Assembly (NCBI GenBank): GCA_002269645.1
Contig: NIVC01001203.1
Coordinates: forward strand, 124,001-188,000
DNA: 64,000 bases
Source: Macrostomum lignano
Taxonomy: Eukaryota
Reading direction: 5' to 3'
Shown piece after piece: positions 27,063 through 51,049 of the stretch (within the stretch, counting starts at the first letter, position 1; every line of letters begins with the position of its first letter). The notes below the pieces were generated by a model. That model made no database searches. It was not told the origin of the DNA and worked only from the letters and a program-made list of their open reading frames with translations. Position numbers and translations under genes: made by a program.

Positions 27063-28104
27063 ATTTATTGATGAATTGAAAACTGTAATAATTTGCTCAC
27101 CAGCATTTTTTGACACCTGTAGACGAACAACAGTTCGAAGGCCCATCAACAAGTCCCCCAGTCTCGCACACCAAGCCAGCCACTTCAGAAGACCCCCCCC
27201 CAGAAGACGATCCCAGAGTCTCTGAGTAGCTCAAAATTGGCCAACCCCCGGCCATCAGCGCACCCAGCCGATTTTCCCAATTGAATTTTCCTCAAACGCC
27301 TCCCCCAGCCCGATAGATTTATAATACCTTTATACTCGGCCAACTTCGAATAGTCCTATCTTCTAAAAGCAGGCATAAAAGATTTCTCTGCGGGACCATC
27401 TACAGAATTGCCTCGATTTGACTGGCGGTTTGCCCGTGAGCCCAGCTCGTCTCCTGGGAGACTGGCGGTGGACCCTGCATCATTCGGGCAAACGGGCGGA
27501 GTCTGACTGATTCAATAATGCCGCGAACTGAATGAGCTCGATCAGAGATGAAGATCTTCAGCAAGAGTCTGAAGATTGCTTCAACTTTTCCCCTGACTCT
27601 CAATTGCGCCAATTCTTTACTCCCTCCCCCAATTGAGTAGCTCGTTTCAACTTGAACAAAATCCTGCTTTATTAAGTAAATTTCGATACATGTCGGGGAC
27701 TGTCACATCTGTCAATTCATAAATTTAGGGGCAATCTGGCACCTCTTCACGTGATGCCTCGGGTGCCAAAATCAATAGCTACACTTGGATACTTAGTCAG
27801 TTGATACTGCAGTGCTCAGGTATCCGACTCTTGACTGTCCACCTACAGGTGTGAGCACAGGTGATAGCACTGCCAATAAGCCTCAAGAGTCTTGACTTGA
27901 TGAGGCAATTGCTTACCACTTCTACTTTGACTTTGCTCTTCTCCAGTGACAAGTGATACCACTTGTGGATTGAAGATATATGTAGCCTTCAATAATATTA
28001 CTTACAATACATATCGGCTGGGCAACTTATTCTGTCTTCGCGATATATCAGGAATCACAATCTTAGGCACTAATATGCACCTAATGATTATGTCTATTTT
28101 ATCA

Positions 28105-29418
28105 TCCTGAAGTAGTATATTCTAGTATCCCGAGGTATATTCTAGTATCCCGAGGTATATTCTAACATCCTGAGGTATATTCTAGCATCCCGAGGTATAT
28201 TCTAGCATCCTGAGGTATATTCTAGTATCCCGAGGTATATTCTAGCATCCTGAGGTATATTCTAGTATCCCGAGGTATATTCTAGCATCCTGAGGTATAT
28301 TCTAGCATCCTGAGGTATATTCTAGTATCCTGAGGTATATTCTAGCATCCCGAGGTATATTCTAGCATTCTGAGGTATATTCTAGTATCCTGAGGTATAT
28401 TCTAGCATCCCGAGGTATATTCTAGCATCCATCCTGAGGTATATTCTAGTATCCCGAGGTATATTCTAGCATCCCGAGGTATATTCTAGCATCCATCCTG
28501 AGGTATATTCTAGTATCCCGAGGTATATTGTAGCATCCCGAGGTATATTCTAGCATCCCGGAGTATATTCTACCATCCCGAGGTATATTATAGCATCCTG
28601 TGGTATATTCTACCATCCCGGGGTATATTCTACCATCCTGGGGTATTCTACCATCCCGAGGTATATTCTAGCATCCTGAGGTATATTCTAGCATCCTGAG
28701 GTATATTCTAGCATCCTGAGGTATATTCTAGCATCCCGAGGTATATTCTAGCATTCTGAGGTATATTCTAGCATCCTGAGGTATATTCTACCAGCATCCT
28801 GAGGTATATTCTAGCATCCTAAGGTATATTCTAGCATCTTGAGGTATATTCTAGCATCCTGAGGTGTATTCTAGCATCCTGAGGTATATTCTAGCATCCT
28901 GAGGTATATTCTAGCATCTTGAGGTATATTCTAGCATCCTGAGGTATATTCTAGCATCCTGATGTGTATTCTAGCATCCTGAGGTATATTCTAACATCCT
29001 GAGGTATATTCTAGCATCCTGATGTGTATTCTAGCATCCTGAGGTATATTCTAACATCCTGAGGTATATTCTAGCATCCTGATGTGTATTCTAGCATCCT
29101 GAGGTATATTCTAACATTCTGAGGTGTATTCTAGCATCCTGAGGTATATTCTAGCATCCTGAGGTATATTCTAACATCCTGAGGTGTATTCTAGCATCCT
29201 GAGGTATATTCTACCAGCATCCTGAGGTATATTCTAGCATCCTAAGGTATATTCTAGCATCTTGAGGTATATTCTAGCATCCTGAGGTGTATTCTAGCAT
29301 CCCGAGGTATATTCTAGCATCCTGATGTGTATTCTAGCATCCTGAGGTATATTCTAACATCCTGAGGTATATTCTAGCATCCTGATGTGTATTCTAGCAT
29401 CCCGAGGTATATTCTATA
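28105..29418. repeat. 20-bp minisatellite (GAGGTATATTCTAGCATCCT)
   Basis: About 65 copies by length. Confidence 0.97.
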
Positions 29419-29924
29419 GCACCATCAGGTACACTCCAGCACCTTGTCTTGCACAATCTAATGCGTCATTGAATAATACACTTCTCAATGCCAAGACTTT
29501 TCCCAGTCGAGCCCAGTTCATATTGTCCACTCAAGTAAAACAAGCCATACGAGTATTCTGGAAAATATTTGCTCAAGGCGCCTATTGATAGACAGTGGTC
29601 CCAATTATCTTAAAGTGCTGCTCAGAGGCCTCTTAAAAAGATTTTGCTGGTCAAAAATCCCAGCTTACCCTGTACGAGCTACAACTTCTCAATTATTAAC
29701 GATATGCAAACACAAATTAGAGAAATGATGAGAGCTGCTCTCTGTTGGTGAGGGATGAAAGTTGAGAAGTTTCGGGTTTAGGAACAAACAGCTTCTACTC
29801 CATTTGGCCTGAGATGAGTCGCCTCTAATGGACCAGGTGGAAAGCATATGAAAAGTTTTCAGGATGAAATAGGAATCTGTTAGGAAGTAGAATAGAATAA
29901 ATCGTACTAGATTTGATCTCATAA

Positions 29925-30350
29925 GATATTAGATCATGAGATATGATCTCATTTGAAACAATTTATGATCAAATATGAGAGTACCTAGAATATCACTAGT
30001 ACAAATAGAATCTCATATGAGACTAGATATAATCTCCTATGAGACTAGATATGAGACTAGATAGAAATCTCATATGAGACTAGATAGAAACTGGATAGAG
30101 ACTAAAGATATAATCTCATATGAGACTAGATAAAATATCACATGAGACTAGATCAAATCTCATGAGACTAGATAGAATCTCATGAAACTGGATCGAATCT
30201 CATATGAGACTACATGAAATCTCATGAGTTTGGATCGGATCTCATATAATACTACATGAAATCTCATGAGTTTGGATCGAATCTCACATGAGACTACAAG
30301 AAATCTCATGAGTTTGGATCGAATCTCACATGAGACTACATGAAATCTTA
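29925..30350. repeat. Degenerate minisatellite built on TCTCATATGAGA / TCTCATGAGA palindromes
   Basis: Direct reading. Confidence 0.8.
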
Positions 30351-30811
30351 GAATATTGAGCAACAGAAGCGCACAGAACTTCTTTCAATTCCGTTTCAAT
30401 CTGACGAGTTCGCAATTCGTCAATTTCCTTCTCGCGTCAACAAGCAGCACAAGATAAGCATCGGATGGGAATGCCACGGCTGATAGGAGGCGAGCTGTCA
30501 TGAGCAGGATGCAAAGGATCAAGGATGTGACAGCGCTACGATCCCCTTTAGTAACTGGATGGGGCCAAAAATTCGTCAGAGATATTCCGAGTTGATTAAC
30601 ATCTGAACTGACATGTCGTGCCGTCTTGAGCCACTTTGTATCGAGTGCTGTGTCGCCTTAACTTTTATTTTCTGCAATTCTGGCCTCACAAACAGTACTT
30701 TGGTCATCATAAAATAGAGTAAGGAAGATTGGATCAGCAATATAAATTCGTTTCTGTACAGTTAGCTGTTCTCACTGATGATGTAAGCAGAGCTGGTAAT
30801 TTAATAACAGC

Positions 30812-31023
<212 letters not shown>

Positions 31024-31469
31024 CCTGCTCGTACGGTAATCTTTCACCCTTCGCTGCAAATCCATGAGGAGGGTTCTGGGCTCCTTGCTTTTTGTGTCTG
31101 CTTTCATTGCCTATAAATTATGCTCCGGTCGTAGCAAAGTGAAAAAAATGCGCAGCAACATGTATTCATGCTACGCGCGAAGAAGCACGTGGCCCCCATT
31201 AATTTTGCCTTTGTTTTTTAGCTCGACCTTCGTAGATAAAGAGAATACTTCTTGCATACTCTGAAATTCTCTGCTTTAGCTTTTCTGAGCGGCTGTTGCC
31301 TTCATCTGCAGTCAGTGATGCAAATTAATCTAGCCGCCGTACCACTTTGGGTTATCAAAGGCCTGGGAAACCCGAGTGAAATGGAAGTTAGTTCCATATA
31401 AATTAGAAAACCGAGTTAGATTAATGTACTGCGATTCTGAAATTATTGAATCAAACAATTAACGCACGC

Positions 31470-31732
31470 ACCAACCAACCAACCAACCAACCAACCAACC
31501 AACCAACCAACCAACCAACCAACCAACCAACCAACCAACCAACCAACCAACCAACCAACCAACCAACCAACCAACCAACCAACCAACCAACCAACCAACC
31601 AACCAACCAACCAACCAACCAACCAACCAACCAACCAACCAACCAACCAACCAACCAACCAACCAACCAACCAACCAACCAACCAACCAACCAACCAACC
31701 AACCAACCAACCAACCAACCAACCAACCAACC
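31470..31732. repeat. (AACC)n microsatellite directly upstream of the membrane-protein ATG
   Basis: Direct reading. Confidence 0.98.
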
Positions 31733-31738
31733 AGCAGA

Positions 31739-33112
31739 ATGCGTCTCTCCCAGCTGCTTCTGTTGTCCCTCCTGGCCACCCAGTGTCAAAGCAACTTCCT
31801 GCAGAGCCTGTTCTACTCGCGCACCTTGTACCACCTGGGCAGCTACAAAGAGGAGAGCCACTGCGACCTGGGCCTAGACTCGGGACTAACCGTGGACGGC
31901 TCCCTCAAGCTGACCACCGCGCCAGTTCCAGCCAGCTCGCGCGAGCTCAAAATCTGCCGCACCCGCCTCCTGCCATTCGGCAATCTGGTCGTCAACCCGC
32001 ATGGCATCCGTTTCTGGTACCTGCGAGTCCGGATCACCCGCCTCATCGCTGGCCAGACTCTGTCCATTGTCACCTTCGACAAGGAGATACCCGAGTACAC
32101 CGCAGTCAACAATGACCAACGCTTCGATTTGAGCCACTCGTCCGAGTTCCCGGCGATTTTCTATCTCAGGTATCGTTACCTGCGGTTCTACTGGCACAGC
32201 TCGCCCAAAGCGGACGCAAAGAACGTCGTGAATATCACGGTGTCGCCGTACGCTATGTTCAACGACAGTTTGCCGTTGAAGAAGCGAAAGTTGCTCTGCT
32301 CGCGCTACGGGCACGTCTGGTGCCCAGCAGCTCTCGTGTGCATCAACCCTGGCAGCTGCACCCTGCAGAATGACTGCTTCGACAGGTTCTCGGATGCAAA
32401 CAAATGCCGGGACACAGTCTGGCTGGGCTCCAGCAACTCCAGCCTGATGGGCCCCGGCTCCGGAGGCACCTGGCTGTCCAAGAACCTGCCCTGGATTGCA
32501 TTCTTCTCCGTGCCGACATTTCTGGTGTTCGCCCTGGCCAAGATCTGCTCGCAGAAGAGGGAGCTGGACATCGATGACGACTACGTGTACAAACTGAGCG
32601 GACCAGGTGACGACGCGGCGGAACTCGACGCGACGGCGGAGGTGGGTCAGCAGCGCTACGAGGACGAGCCAAGGATCTCAGTCAGTAGTCCTCGGTATTC
32701 CACACTCCAACTGCAGGTGGAGTCTGAAGAGCAGCAGCAGCAGCAGCAGCCACAGCAACAGCAACATCAGCAGGCTCATCAAAAAGCTACTCAGAAGTCT
32801 CGACCTCCGCCGCCTCCGCCTCCACCTCCGCCTCCAGCAGCGACGTCAGTCAGCCTCATGGACAATTCTTCAGCATCCGGCTTGGAACGTTGGAGCCCGG
32901 ACGGCGCCGCCGCTGCTGCGGCCACCACCGAGGCCGACTCCCGAGAGGGCCGTCGTCGTTCGCTGACTTCTTCGTCTTCGCCACCGCCACCGCCGCCTCC
33001 TCCGCGGCACCATCAGAACCGTCAGCGCTCGGCAGCCGCTGGCAAAGCGAAGGCTCCGCAACCTCCCAGTCAGCCGCATCAAAATCGACAGCCGCGTGTT
33101 GTTCCGGCTTAA
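31739..33112 (+). CDS. Type I membrane protein: signal peptide, CUB-like beta domain, degenerate LDLa module, TM helix, Tyr/Gln/Pro-rich tail (457 aa)
   Basis: Uninterrupted GC-rich ORF; signal [18 protein letters not shown]; six-Cys module [37 protein letters not shown]; [23 protein letters not shown]. Confidence 0.8.
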   Translation: MRLSQLLLLSLLATQCQSNFLQSLFYSRTLYHLGSYKEESHCDLGLDSGLTVDGSLKLTTAPVPASSRELKICRTRLLPFGNLVVNPHGIRFWYLRVRITRLIAGQTLSIVTFDKEIPEYTAVNNDQRFDLSHSSEFPAIFYLRYRYLRFYWHSSPKADAKNVVNITVSPYAMFNDSLPLKKRKLLCSRYGHVWCPAALVCINPGSCTLQNDCFDRFSDANKCRDTVWLGSSNSSLMGPGSGGTWLSKNLPWIAFFSVPTFLVFALAKICSQKRELDIDDDYVYKLSGPGDDAAELDATAEVGQQRYEDEPRISVSSPRYSTLQLQVESEEQQQQQQPQQQQHQQAHQKATQKSRPPPPPPPPPPPAATSVSLMDNSSASGLERWSPDGAAAAAATTEADSREGRRRSLTSSSSPPPPPPPPRHHQNRQRSAAAGKAKAPQPPSQPHQNRQPRVVPA

Positions 33113-33584
33113 ATAAATGTGATCATTCTAACAAAATAATTACGCTCGTAATTAAGCACGCCAAACTTCTGTGACGCATCGCGGCTACATGTAAATTCGG
33201 TTACTATAGCAACAGGAAATGACGAATTTTTGAATAACAAGAATCGCTGATCTTACAAACTATATTACATGTACATTGTAAGCATTATTTACGAATATGT
33301 TTGTTTTTCTAACTGCGAACTTGAATGACTGACTTGAAGCGTTAAACAGGATATTACAGGTCGTCACCAAGTGCATCAGAGTTTGTGTTACAGCATCATA
33401 CAGCATCAGCATCATACTATTAGCAGTCATCTGTCTTATAACTGTTGTATTGAGTGTTTGTACAATATAGCTGTGTAGTGTGGTGAGCCTTGTAAATGAC
33501 TGTGCAATAAATGTTGAAAATATTACGGAACATATTGGCCTTTATGTGCTCTATACTGCCTGTTTTTCAGACGAGGATTCCAAT

Positions 33585-34150
33585 GTAGATGATGAATAAC
33601 CAGGATGCTGAGGTATATAGATGATGAAGAACAAGGATGCTGTAGTATATAGTTGATGAAGAACAAGGATGCTGTAGTAAATAGATGATAAAGAACAAGG
33701 ATGCTGTAGTATACAGATGATGAAGAACAAGGATGCTGAGGTATATAGATGATGAAGAACCAAGATGCTGAGGTATATAGATGATGAAGAACCAGAATGC
33801 TGAAGTATATGGATGATAAAGAACAAGGATGCTGTAGTATACAGATGATGAAGAACCAGAATGCTGAAGTATATAGATGATGAAGAACCAGAATGCTGAA
33901 GTATATGGATGATGAAGAACCAGAATGCTGAAGTATATGGATGATGAAGAACCAGGATGCTGAGTTATATAGATGATGAAGAACCAGAATGCTGAGGTCG
34001 ATAGATGATGAAGAACCAGGATGCTGAGGTCGATAGATGATGAAGAACCAGGATGCTGAGGTAGATAGATGATGAAGAACCAGGATGCTTAATTATGAGC
34101 GTAGATAGATGATGAAGAACCAAGAAGATGCGGTATATAGATGATGAAGT
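33585..34150. repeat. About 32-bp minisatellite (ATAGATGATGAAGAACCAGGATGCTGAGGTAT)
   Basis: Direct reading. Confidence 0.9.
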
Positions 34151-34544
34151 GGTACAGAGACTGTCAAAAGATTAGACAGAGTCTTGGTGTCTCAGAAACT
34201 GCTGAATCAAGCTTGGCAAATTGATGTATTTCAGCTGTTGCAAATACGACCTTATGTCGGATTATTTCTCAGGAGAAACTTACCAGTACAAATCAATTCT
34301 GCAGCTCGCATTATCGTCAGTTTCAATAGCACTGCTAATTACAGAAGAGGCATCGAAATCTTTTAGAACAAAGCTAGTTAAGCCTGATTAATCGAACTTT
34401 ACTCGTCCACTTTGATGCGAATCTACAAAGAGCCTTCTATCCCCCAAGATTCTAACGATCGATATAGTTTGCTGTTCCCCAAGCAAACCGCTAATGTTCA
34501 GTACCTTTATTTTATAAGTAAGAATCTGTCTACCCACACTTCAT

Positions 34545-35340
34545 CTGCTCTTCACACTCTCACCTCTACTCTTCACCCTCTCACCTCTACTCTTCTTATC
34601 ATCTCATATCTACTCATCACACTCTCAACTCTAATCTGCACCCTCTCATATCCACTCTTCACCCTCTCATCTCTACTCTTCACCCTCTCATCTCTACTCT
34701 TCACCGTCTCATGTCTACTCTTCACCCCCTCATCTCTACTCTTCACCCTCTCACCTCTACTCTTCACCCTCTCAACTCTACTCTTCTTATCATCTCATAT
34801 CTACTCATCACACTCTCAACTCTACTCTTCACCCTCTCATCTCTACTCTTCACCCTCTCAGCCCTACTCTTCACCCTCTCATCTCCACTCTTCACCCTCT
34901 CATCTCCACTCTTCACCCTCTCATCTCCACTCTTCACCCTCTCAGCCCTACTCTTCACCCTCTCATCTCTACTCTTCACCCTCTCATCTCTACTCTTCAC
35001 CCTCTCAGCCCTACTCTTCACCCTCTCATCTCCACTCTTCACCCTCTCATCTCTACTCTTCACCCTCTCATCTCCACTCTTCACCCTCTCAGCCCTACTC
35101 TTCACCCTCTCAGCCCTACTCTTCACCCTCTCAGCCCTACTCTTCACCATCTCACCTCTACTCTTCACCCTCTCACCTCTAATCTTCACCCTCTCACCTC
35201 TACTCTTCACCATCTCACCTCTACTCTTCACCCTCTCACCTCTACTCTTCACCCTCTCACCTCTACTCTTCACCCTCTCAGCCCTACTCTTCACCCTTTC
35301 ACCTCTACTCTTCACCTTCTCATCTCTACTCCTCACCATG
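34545..35340. repeat. 21-bp minisatellite (CTCTACTCTTCACCCTCTCAT)
   Basis: Direct reading. Confidence 0.95.
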
Positions 35341-35637
35341 CCATCTTTGATCGCCACTTCATTCCATTTAATCCTCTTCACCTTTCCCCAACTAAAAAAT
35401 TGTAAAAACATTCAATTTTCCATACACTGTTTTACACTACCAAAAGTTTTACACTGCTAAAAGTAGCATACTAGGAAAGCAGTAGTTGAAATGAAAAAAA
35501 AACAGCTAGCTAGCCTAAATTCAAACAGCATTTGATTGGTCGAACAGTCCAGTATAGGAAAGCATAAAACAGAAAAACCTCTTCACAGAAGACGCTTACA
35601 GATTTTCCCTCGGGTTGATTAAATTTGTCAAAAAAAA

Positions 35638-45700
<10,063 letters not shown>

Positions 45701-46317
45701 CTGGCAGACTGGGCTTGACTATTCATAGTTGAAACTTTGAACAACCTTTTTCCGGCTTTATTACGAAGTTGTAATTATAAGCTGTCACATGCATGTTTGA
45801 CTCTACGTTAGGGTCCCATTTATTTAGCGAATGTAAAGCCAGCCATTTGACGAGAGATTCAACGCATCAGTGCATAACCGTAAATTCCCAAGACAGATCA
45901 AGTTTCTGGTTGTCTCCAGCCCAGCTTGTTCTATAATTTTGCATTCGCCGCCTATCATAACATTGACTCAATGACTTTAAAGGAGAATTATTGAGATTGC
46001 GATGAAGAATAAAAGTAAAACAAAGACTCAAAATAGCTGCGAATTCGATTAGCAGTTTTGCTTCAGAATCTGAAGATTTGTGCCATTTTATCTTTTTTTG
46101 ACGATGAGGATGTTTTTTTGAAAATTCGTTAACAACCTTTGCAAGTAAAAAAACGGTAGCGAATGAAGTATTAAAATTTTCCATTCAAAATTCTAACTCC
46201 GCGCATTCATGTAAGAGTAAAAAACGTACAACAGTTTTTTTTAAATCACTCGTACGGTAAGTTCAGAATCGTTGAATAAACGTTTGTAGGACTTAAAGAA
46301 GTCTTTTAGACATCACA

Positions 46318-46338
46318 TCTCTACATATAAAAATCAAA

Positions 46339-46418
<80 letters not shown>

Positions 46419-47060
46419 TGTCTGTGTGTGGACAATTTTGATCGCTATGGACTCCCAAACCGCTCAACCAAATGACACCAAATTTTACACCCACCCTAAA
46501 CTCACTACGGAGAATGTCTTAGGCTACCTTTAAATTTCCTAAATTTGAGTCTTCCTACCTAAAAGTGCAAAAAACTGCTCAAAATGCGCGATTTTTTTAC
46601 TAAAGCCTCCTTAGCGCCGCTCCACTTCTACCGATCCTCTTCAAATTTGACACAATCAATTTTCAACTATTTTGACACAATCGTGTAAAATTTCGAGTCT
46701 CAAAGTTAATCCTGAACGGCGCTGTGCACTTTTAAAGTTTGGCTGTTTTTTTCAGCGAGACAGCCACCCCAACCTCCGCCCGCCTGCCTCTTTCCCGATC
46801 TGGGCAAAGGGTGTAAATGGGTTTTAAAATGACTAACTTTCGGTTGCCATAAGTTTGCTCCACGTGAAGCGATTGACTTCTAACTTAACACAATTCTTCT
46901 TTGATTCATTCTCTGTCTAAATGTAAAGTTTCAACTCTCTAACTGAATCAGAACAGAAACTGTAAGCATGTGAAGTTTGTCTGCTTTTTCTGTTGTTTGT
47001 GCCACTCACTCACTCATTCCCCATGAAGACGAAGGGTCCGGCGATAGGACTGAATGTACA
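46318..47060 (+). mobile_element. Helitron-like non-autonomous element with internal (GT)n
   Basis: A|TCTCTACATATAAAAATC, (GT)n at 46343-46416, then AACCAAATGACACCAAATTT; 3' boundary is a guess. Confidence 0.4.
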
Positions 47061-47629
47061 TAGCAAATGTACAGTGTTTTGGAATAACTTTATTTATAGC
47101 CTTCTCTGCACCCCGAGAGTGGAGAGGCTACGTTTAGCCATAACAGTTTAGTGAGAAATTCTAACCACTGCCCTCCCCTCTGTATTGGCAAACTCTGCAG
47201 CAGTTTAACAGTGGATGGCAATTGGCAATTGGCAAATCGAGGGAATCCAGCATGGTTTGTAAAAGCGAAAGATTTATGAAAAGGCAATGCGATGCAATGC
47301 AATACAACCCTACTAAATTAGGCACACCATGGAAATTTTAGGTTTCTTTTAAAGGTACTGTGTAAATACTAAATGGCCTTCTAAGAAATGCGTATTTCCT
47401 TGGTTGTTAGAGTTAGACTGATGCAGACTGCAGTGAAGTTGAAGATACACAAAATTCCTTTCAGGGCTGCAACTGCAAATTGGCAAGAAAGATGACGGGA
47501 TCTAAGCATGAGAACAATCATGAGAGTACTACGTCCCACAAACTGGCTTTCCAAACAGGGATGGTCAGACTTTTACCTTGAAGGCCAGATAAAGAATCCA
47601 GCTCATAGCTGAGGGGCAGATGAAAGTGG

Positions 47630-48288
47630 AAAGAAGAAGGAATAGACGATTCGAAGAGAGGAGAGGCGACAGAGGGGATAAAAGAAAAGATAAAAGATAA
47701 TAGGAGAGATGAGGGGGTGAGGACGATGAGAGAGAGGGGAGAAGAGGGGAGAGAGGAAAAGCGAGAGGAGAGAGGAAAAGCGAGAGGAGAGAGGAGAGAG
47801 TAGAGATGAGAGAGCAGAGAGCTGCAGATGAGAGGAGGGAGGAGACAGCAGAGAGGAGAGCAGAGAGGAGAGAGGTGAAAGAAGAGATGAGAGAATAAAG
47901 GGAAGAGAGAAGAGATAAAGAGGAGAGTGGAGAGAGAGAAGAGAGGGAGAGAGAGTATAGAAAAGGGAAGAGAAGAGAAAAGAAGAAAGGAGAAAGGAAA
48001 GTGAGGAGTCAAAAAAGGGGAAAGAAAAGAGTACAGAGGAGAGAGGTGAGAGAACATATGAGACAGAGATACCAGATTAAAGAGGGGGATGAGAGAGCAG
48101 AGACGAGAGTGAACAGATAAAAGATGGGAGAGTAGAGAGAACAGAGGAGAGGTTACAGAGACGAGAGGAGAGAGGAGAGACAAAGGTAGAGAAGTGAGTG
48201 AGGAGAGAAGAGAGGAAAGAGGAGAATGGAGAGGGGAGAGAGTAGAGAGAGGAGGAGAGATAAGAGAGAAAGACAGAGAAGAGAGAGA

Positions 48289-48335
<47 letters not shown>

Positions 48336-48349
48336 TAAGAGCGAAAGAC

Positions 48350-48393
<44 letters not shown>

Positions 48394-48750
48394 AGCAGAG
48401 AGAAATGAGAAGAGATAAGAGAGAAAAGATAAAAGAAGAAAGGAAAGATGAGAGAGCAAAGACGAGAGAGAAAAGAGGTGAGGGAAGAGACGAGAGAGAG
48501 GGGAGAGATGAGAGAGTAGAGGAGAGAGTTAAGAGAAGAGAGAAAAGAATAGAAAGGAGAAGGAAGATAAGAGAGAAGAGGGGGTGAGAGGAGAGAGGAG
48601 AGGGGGAGAGAGGAGAGAGGAGAGGAGAGAGAAAAGAAGAGACAAGAGATAAGATAAGAGAGATGAAAGAGAAGAGAGATGAGGGGAGATAGGAGAGAGG
48701 AGAGAGGAGAGACGAGGGACGAGAGAGATGAGAGGAAACAAAGAGACGAT
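47630..48750. repeat. Degenerate GA-rich low-complexity tract
   Basis: Direct reading. Confidence 0.9.
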
Positions 48751-49449
48751 AGAAATTTTAAAGGATCCAAGGGATGTAGGGAGAGTCAGGGAGAGACGAG
48801 AGTTTAGCAATATATGTTTTAGAGTCAGACAGACATTGCCTGACATTCTGTGCAGTACCCTAGCCAACAATGTCTCAAACCCTAATTTTACACGAATGTG
48901 CTCCATTTTATGTCTACCTCTATCCTACTAACTATTAACAAGTTTTTGTTTGTGTATGGCCTTAGATTTCAGAATACATGCAAAAGTAGTTCCGGGTATT
49001 GGAATTCCCCGGGTTCAAAATCCGCGGGTTTCAACGGCTTGTCAAATTATAAGCTAGAATTATTAGGCATTGTTTCTTGGGTTCTCTAAATTTATAACAC
49101 ATACTATTCTAATAATTCTATTCCACCGTCAATTGCATGTATGAAAAATCATAAATAAAAGTCCAAACTGGTAAGAAAAAAATTAGAATCACCATAAACC
49201 GTTAGATAAACCGTTTAATGGCCCTCTCGAAGTTCCTCGACAGACAGACAATTTTGACAGCTTTTATGCCGTTACTAGAAGTGAAATTCTTTGCCTGTTA
49301 TATCTAAAGTCAATAAGTGATTTATTTTAGCGATTCATAATTAAAACTAAAAGAAAACAAGATTTGAATAGCTTTTAACAAATTTGCTCATCCTTGCTTG
49401 GCCTAGCCATGCAACACTTTTGTCCTTTACAACACAGTCTTCCTTTTGT

Positions 49450-49790
49450 TGCCTTTCGACCGACATTCCAATGGCGATATGAACAGCAGTGACGTTTGAG
49501 AATTGTCAGGAACTGTGAGCTTTATGACATAATGAGTCACTGTTCCGCAGGAGAGTCACGTCTCTTGAAAGCAGTCCCTGTCCAAAGTGTCTCAAATCAG
49601 CTCCTGATGCTGATTAGATTAATCGAAATCTTTGAAGCAAAACGGAGACTGCGAGTACATGATGTGTCACAGACTGAGTTCGCTTCTCTAACCAGCGACA
49701 TTCAGTTGGATTTTGGCTTCCAGCTGTATTTGACATTTTTTGCAGTTTCTCTTTCTAGTTCGAAACAGTTCAAATAAGCATTGAGGCTTT
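49450..49790 (-). pseudogene. Decayed copy of the ankyrin module
   Basis: Minus-strand frames give QLEAKIQLNVAG*, EKRTQSVTHHV, QHQELI*DTLDRDCFQET*..TVTHYV, LTVPDN and TAVHIAI, collinear with the intact modules but broken by stops, frameshifts and deletions. Confidence 0.7.
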
Positions 49791-49988
49791 TTGAATAAAG
49801 TTTTTTATGCAATATTATCCTTCATAAATCAATTCTAAGAAAAAACTATCGGTGTAAATTAGCTGGCGATGGATTATGTTGCTTTAATAACAATATAAAG
49901 TCTTAATATCGCTTTTGACAATCTAATTAGGACGTCATATTAGACATTAAAGCCAGGCCACAGACCGGGGCTGCTGGTAACACACAAA

Positions 49989-50797
49989 CATAGAATGTGG
50001 AATGGACAATCCAAATTGGAAAAGCCATTCAAAACGGGAATGCGCCAACTTTAATGTATTTTTTATCATAGGGCCATTGGAATATTTAAAAGCGCTCGGT
50101 CAGCATTTCAGATATTTCCTTGAGCGTCAATAAGGATTTTCATCGAGTTTCTCAACCAAGAATTCTCTCATCTCCCGATCGGCCTTGCACAATTCTTCTT
50201 TCCGACCACCGCGAGGAAGGGATTCCACTCTGTCACCGAGTCGAAAGTTGGCAGCGATTCGGAATGCGGTTGTTTTCTTGATTTGCAAGATTCTTACAGC
50301 TCCTGCAATGGATGACCCTTGTTCAATCTCTATTGGTGGCGCCATGAATCGGATCGCTTCCAGGCCAAAAACGAGCAAACAGGGGAGGCAGGGACAGAGA
50401 TCTATAAAATCTTAAACCACTTTAAAGCTCACTTTCAGGGAGGTTATTGACATAGATTTTATTTTGCGGGATTTAATCGATCACTTTCCCGGACATATTT
50501 CAAGGATTATTGTATGTATCTAAATAAGCGAGCTTCTCTCTTCTCTTCCTACGTGACACAATAAATTTCTTAATGAAATTTTGTCTATGGTAAGAATGTG
50601 GAGGCTTCGCCCCACACCCCCAGCAGGAGCTTCGCCCCCACACTCCCATCCCCAACTTCAACCATAGACATACAAGTATGGCTCTCGGGATTTAATCACA
50701 TACCGACCTCAAACCCATAGAATATCTTAATACTTAGTCCCATTCCCGTTTTGAATGGCTTTTTCCCATATTGAATGTCCAAAGTTATAGTCTATGG
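49989..50797. mobile_element. Non-autonomous DNA transposon, about 810 bp, with imperfect TIRs of about 55 bp
   Basis: Left 49989-50042 and right 50741-50797 share a perfect inverted 23-mer, AAAAGCCATTCAAAACGGGAATG; contains a transposase-like HTH remnant. Confidence 0.65.
50127..50378 (-). pseudogene. Transposase N-terminal helix-turn-helix remnant (IS630-Tc1-mariner-like)
   Basis: GSSIAGAVRILQIKKTTAFRIAANFRLGDRVESLPRGGRK fits HTH plus the GRPR/GGR-like AT-hook; no DDE domain follows. Confidence 0.55.
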
Positions 50798-51049
50798 CCA
50801 AACCTCCCTTAGTAGACTTTGCTAAACTGCTTAAAGTCCATGACTAGGCTGTGATTTTTGGCCCGGCTTGAATGTCTATGGCGTCCCGTTTTGATTGTCC
50901 AAAATGCCAAAATTTTGATTGTCCAAAATGCTGACCGATCCCATTTAGATCGTCCAAAGCGATATCACATAGAAATACGACTCTACGAGTATATTAGCTA
51001 GCTAACAGTTAGGCTGTAAGTGCATTTCTAGAATAGAACAAGGTAAGTC

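Noticed and set aside
27400-27612. 70-aa minus-strand ORF with protein-like composition
   Set aside because: No recognisable domain and no phase-consistent splice partners found.
49005-49030. Pol III B-box-like GGTTCAAAATCC (tRNA or SINE)
   Set aside because: One base too long, with no convincing A box or cloverleaf.
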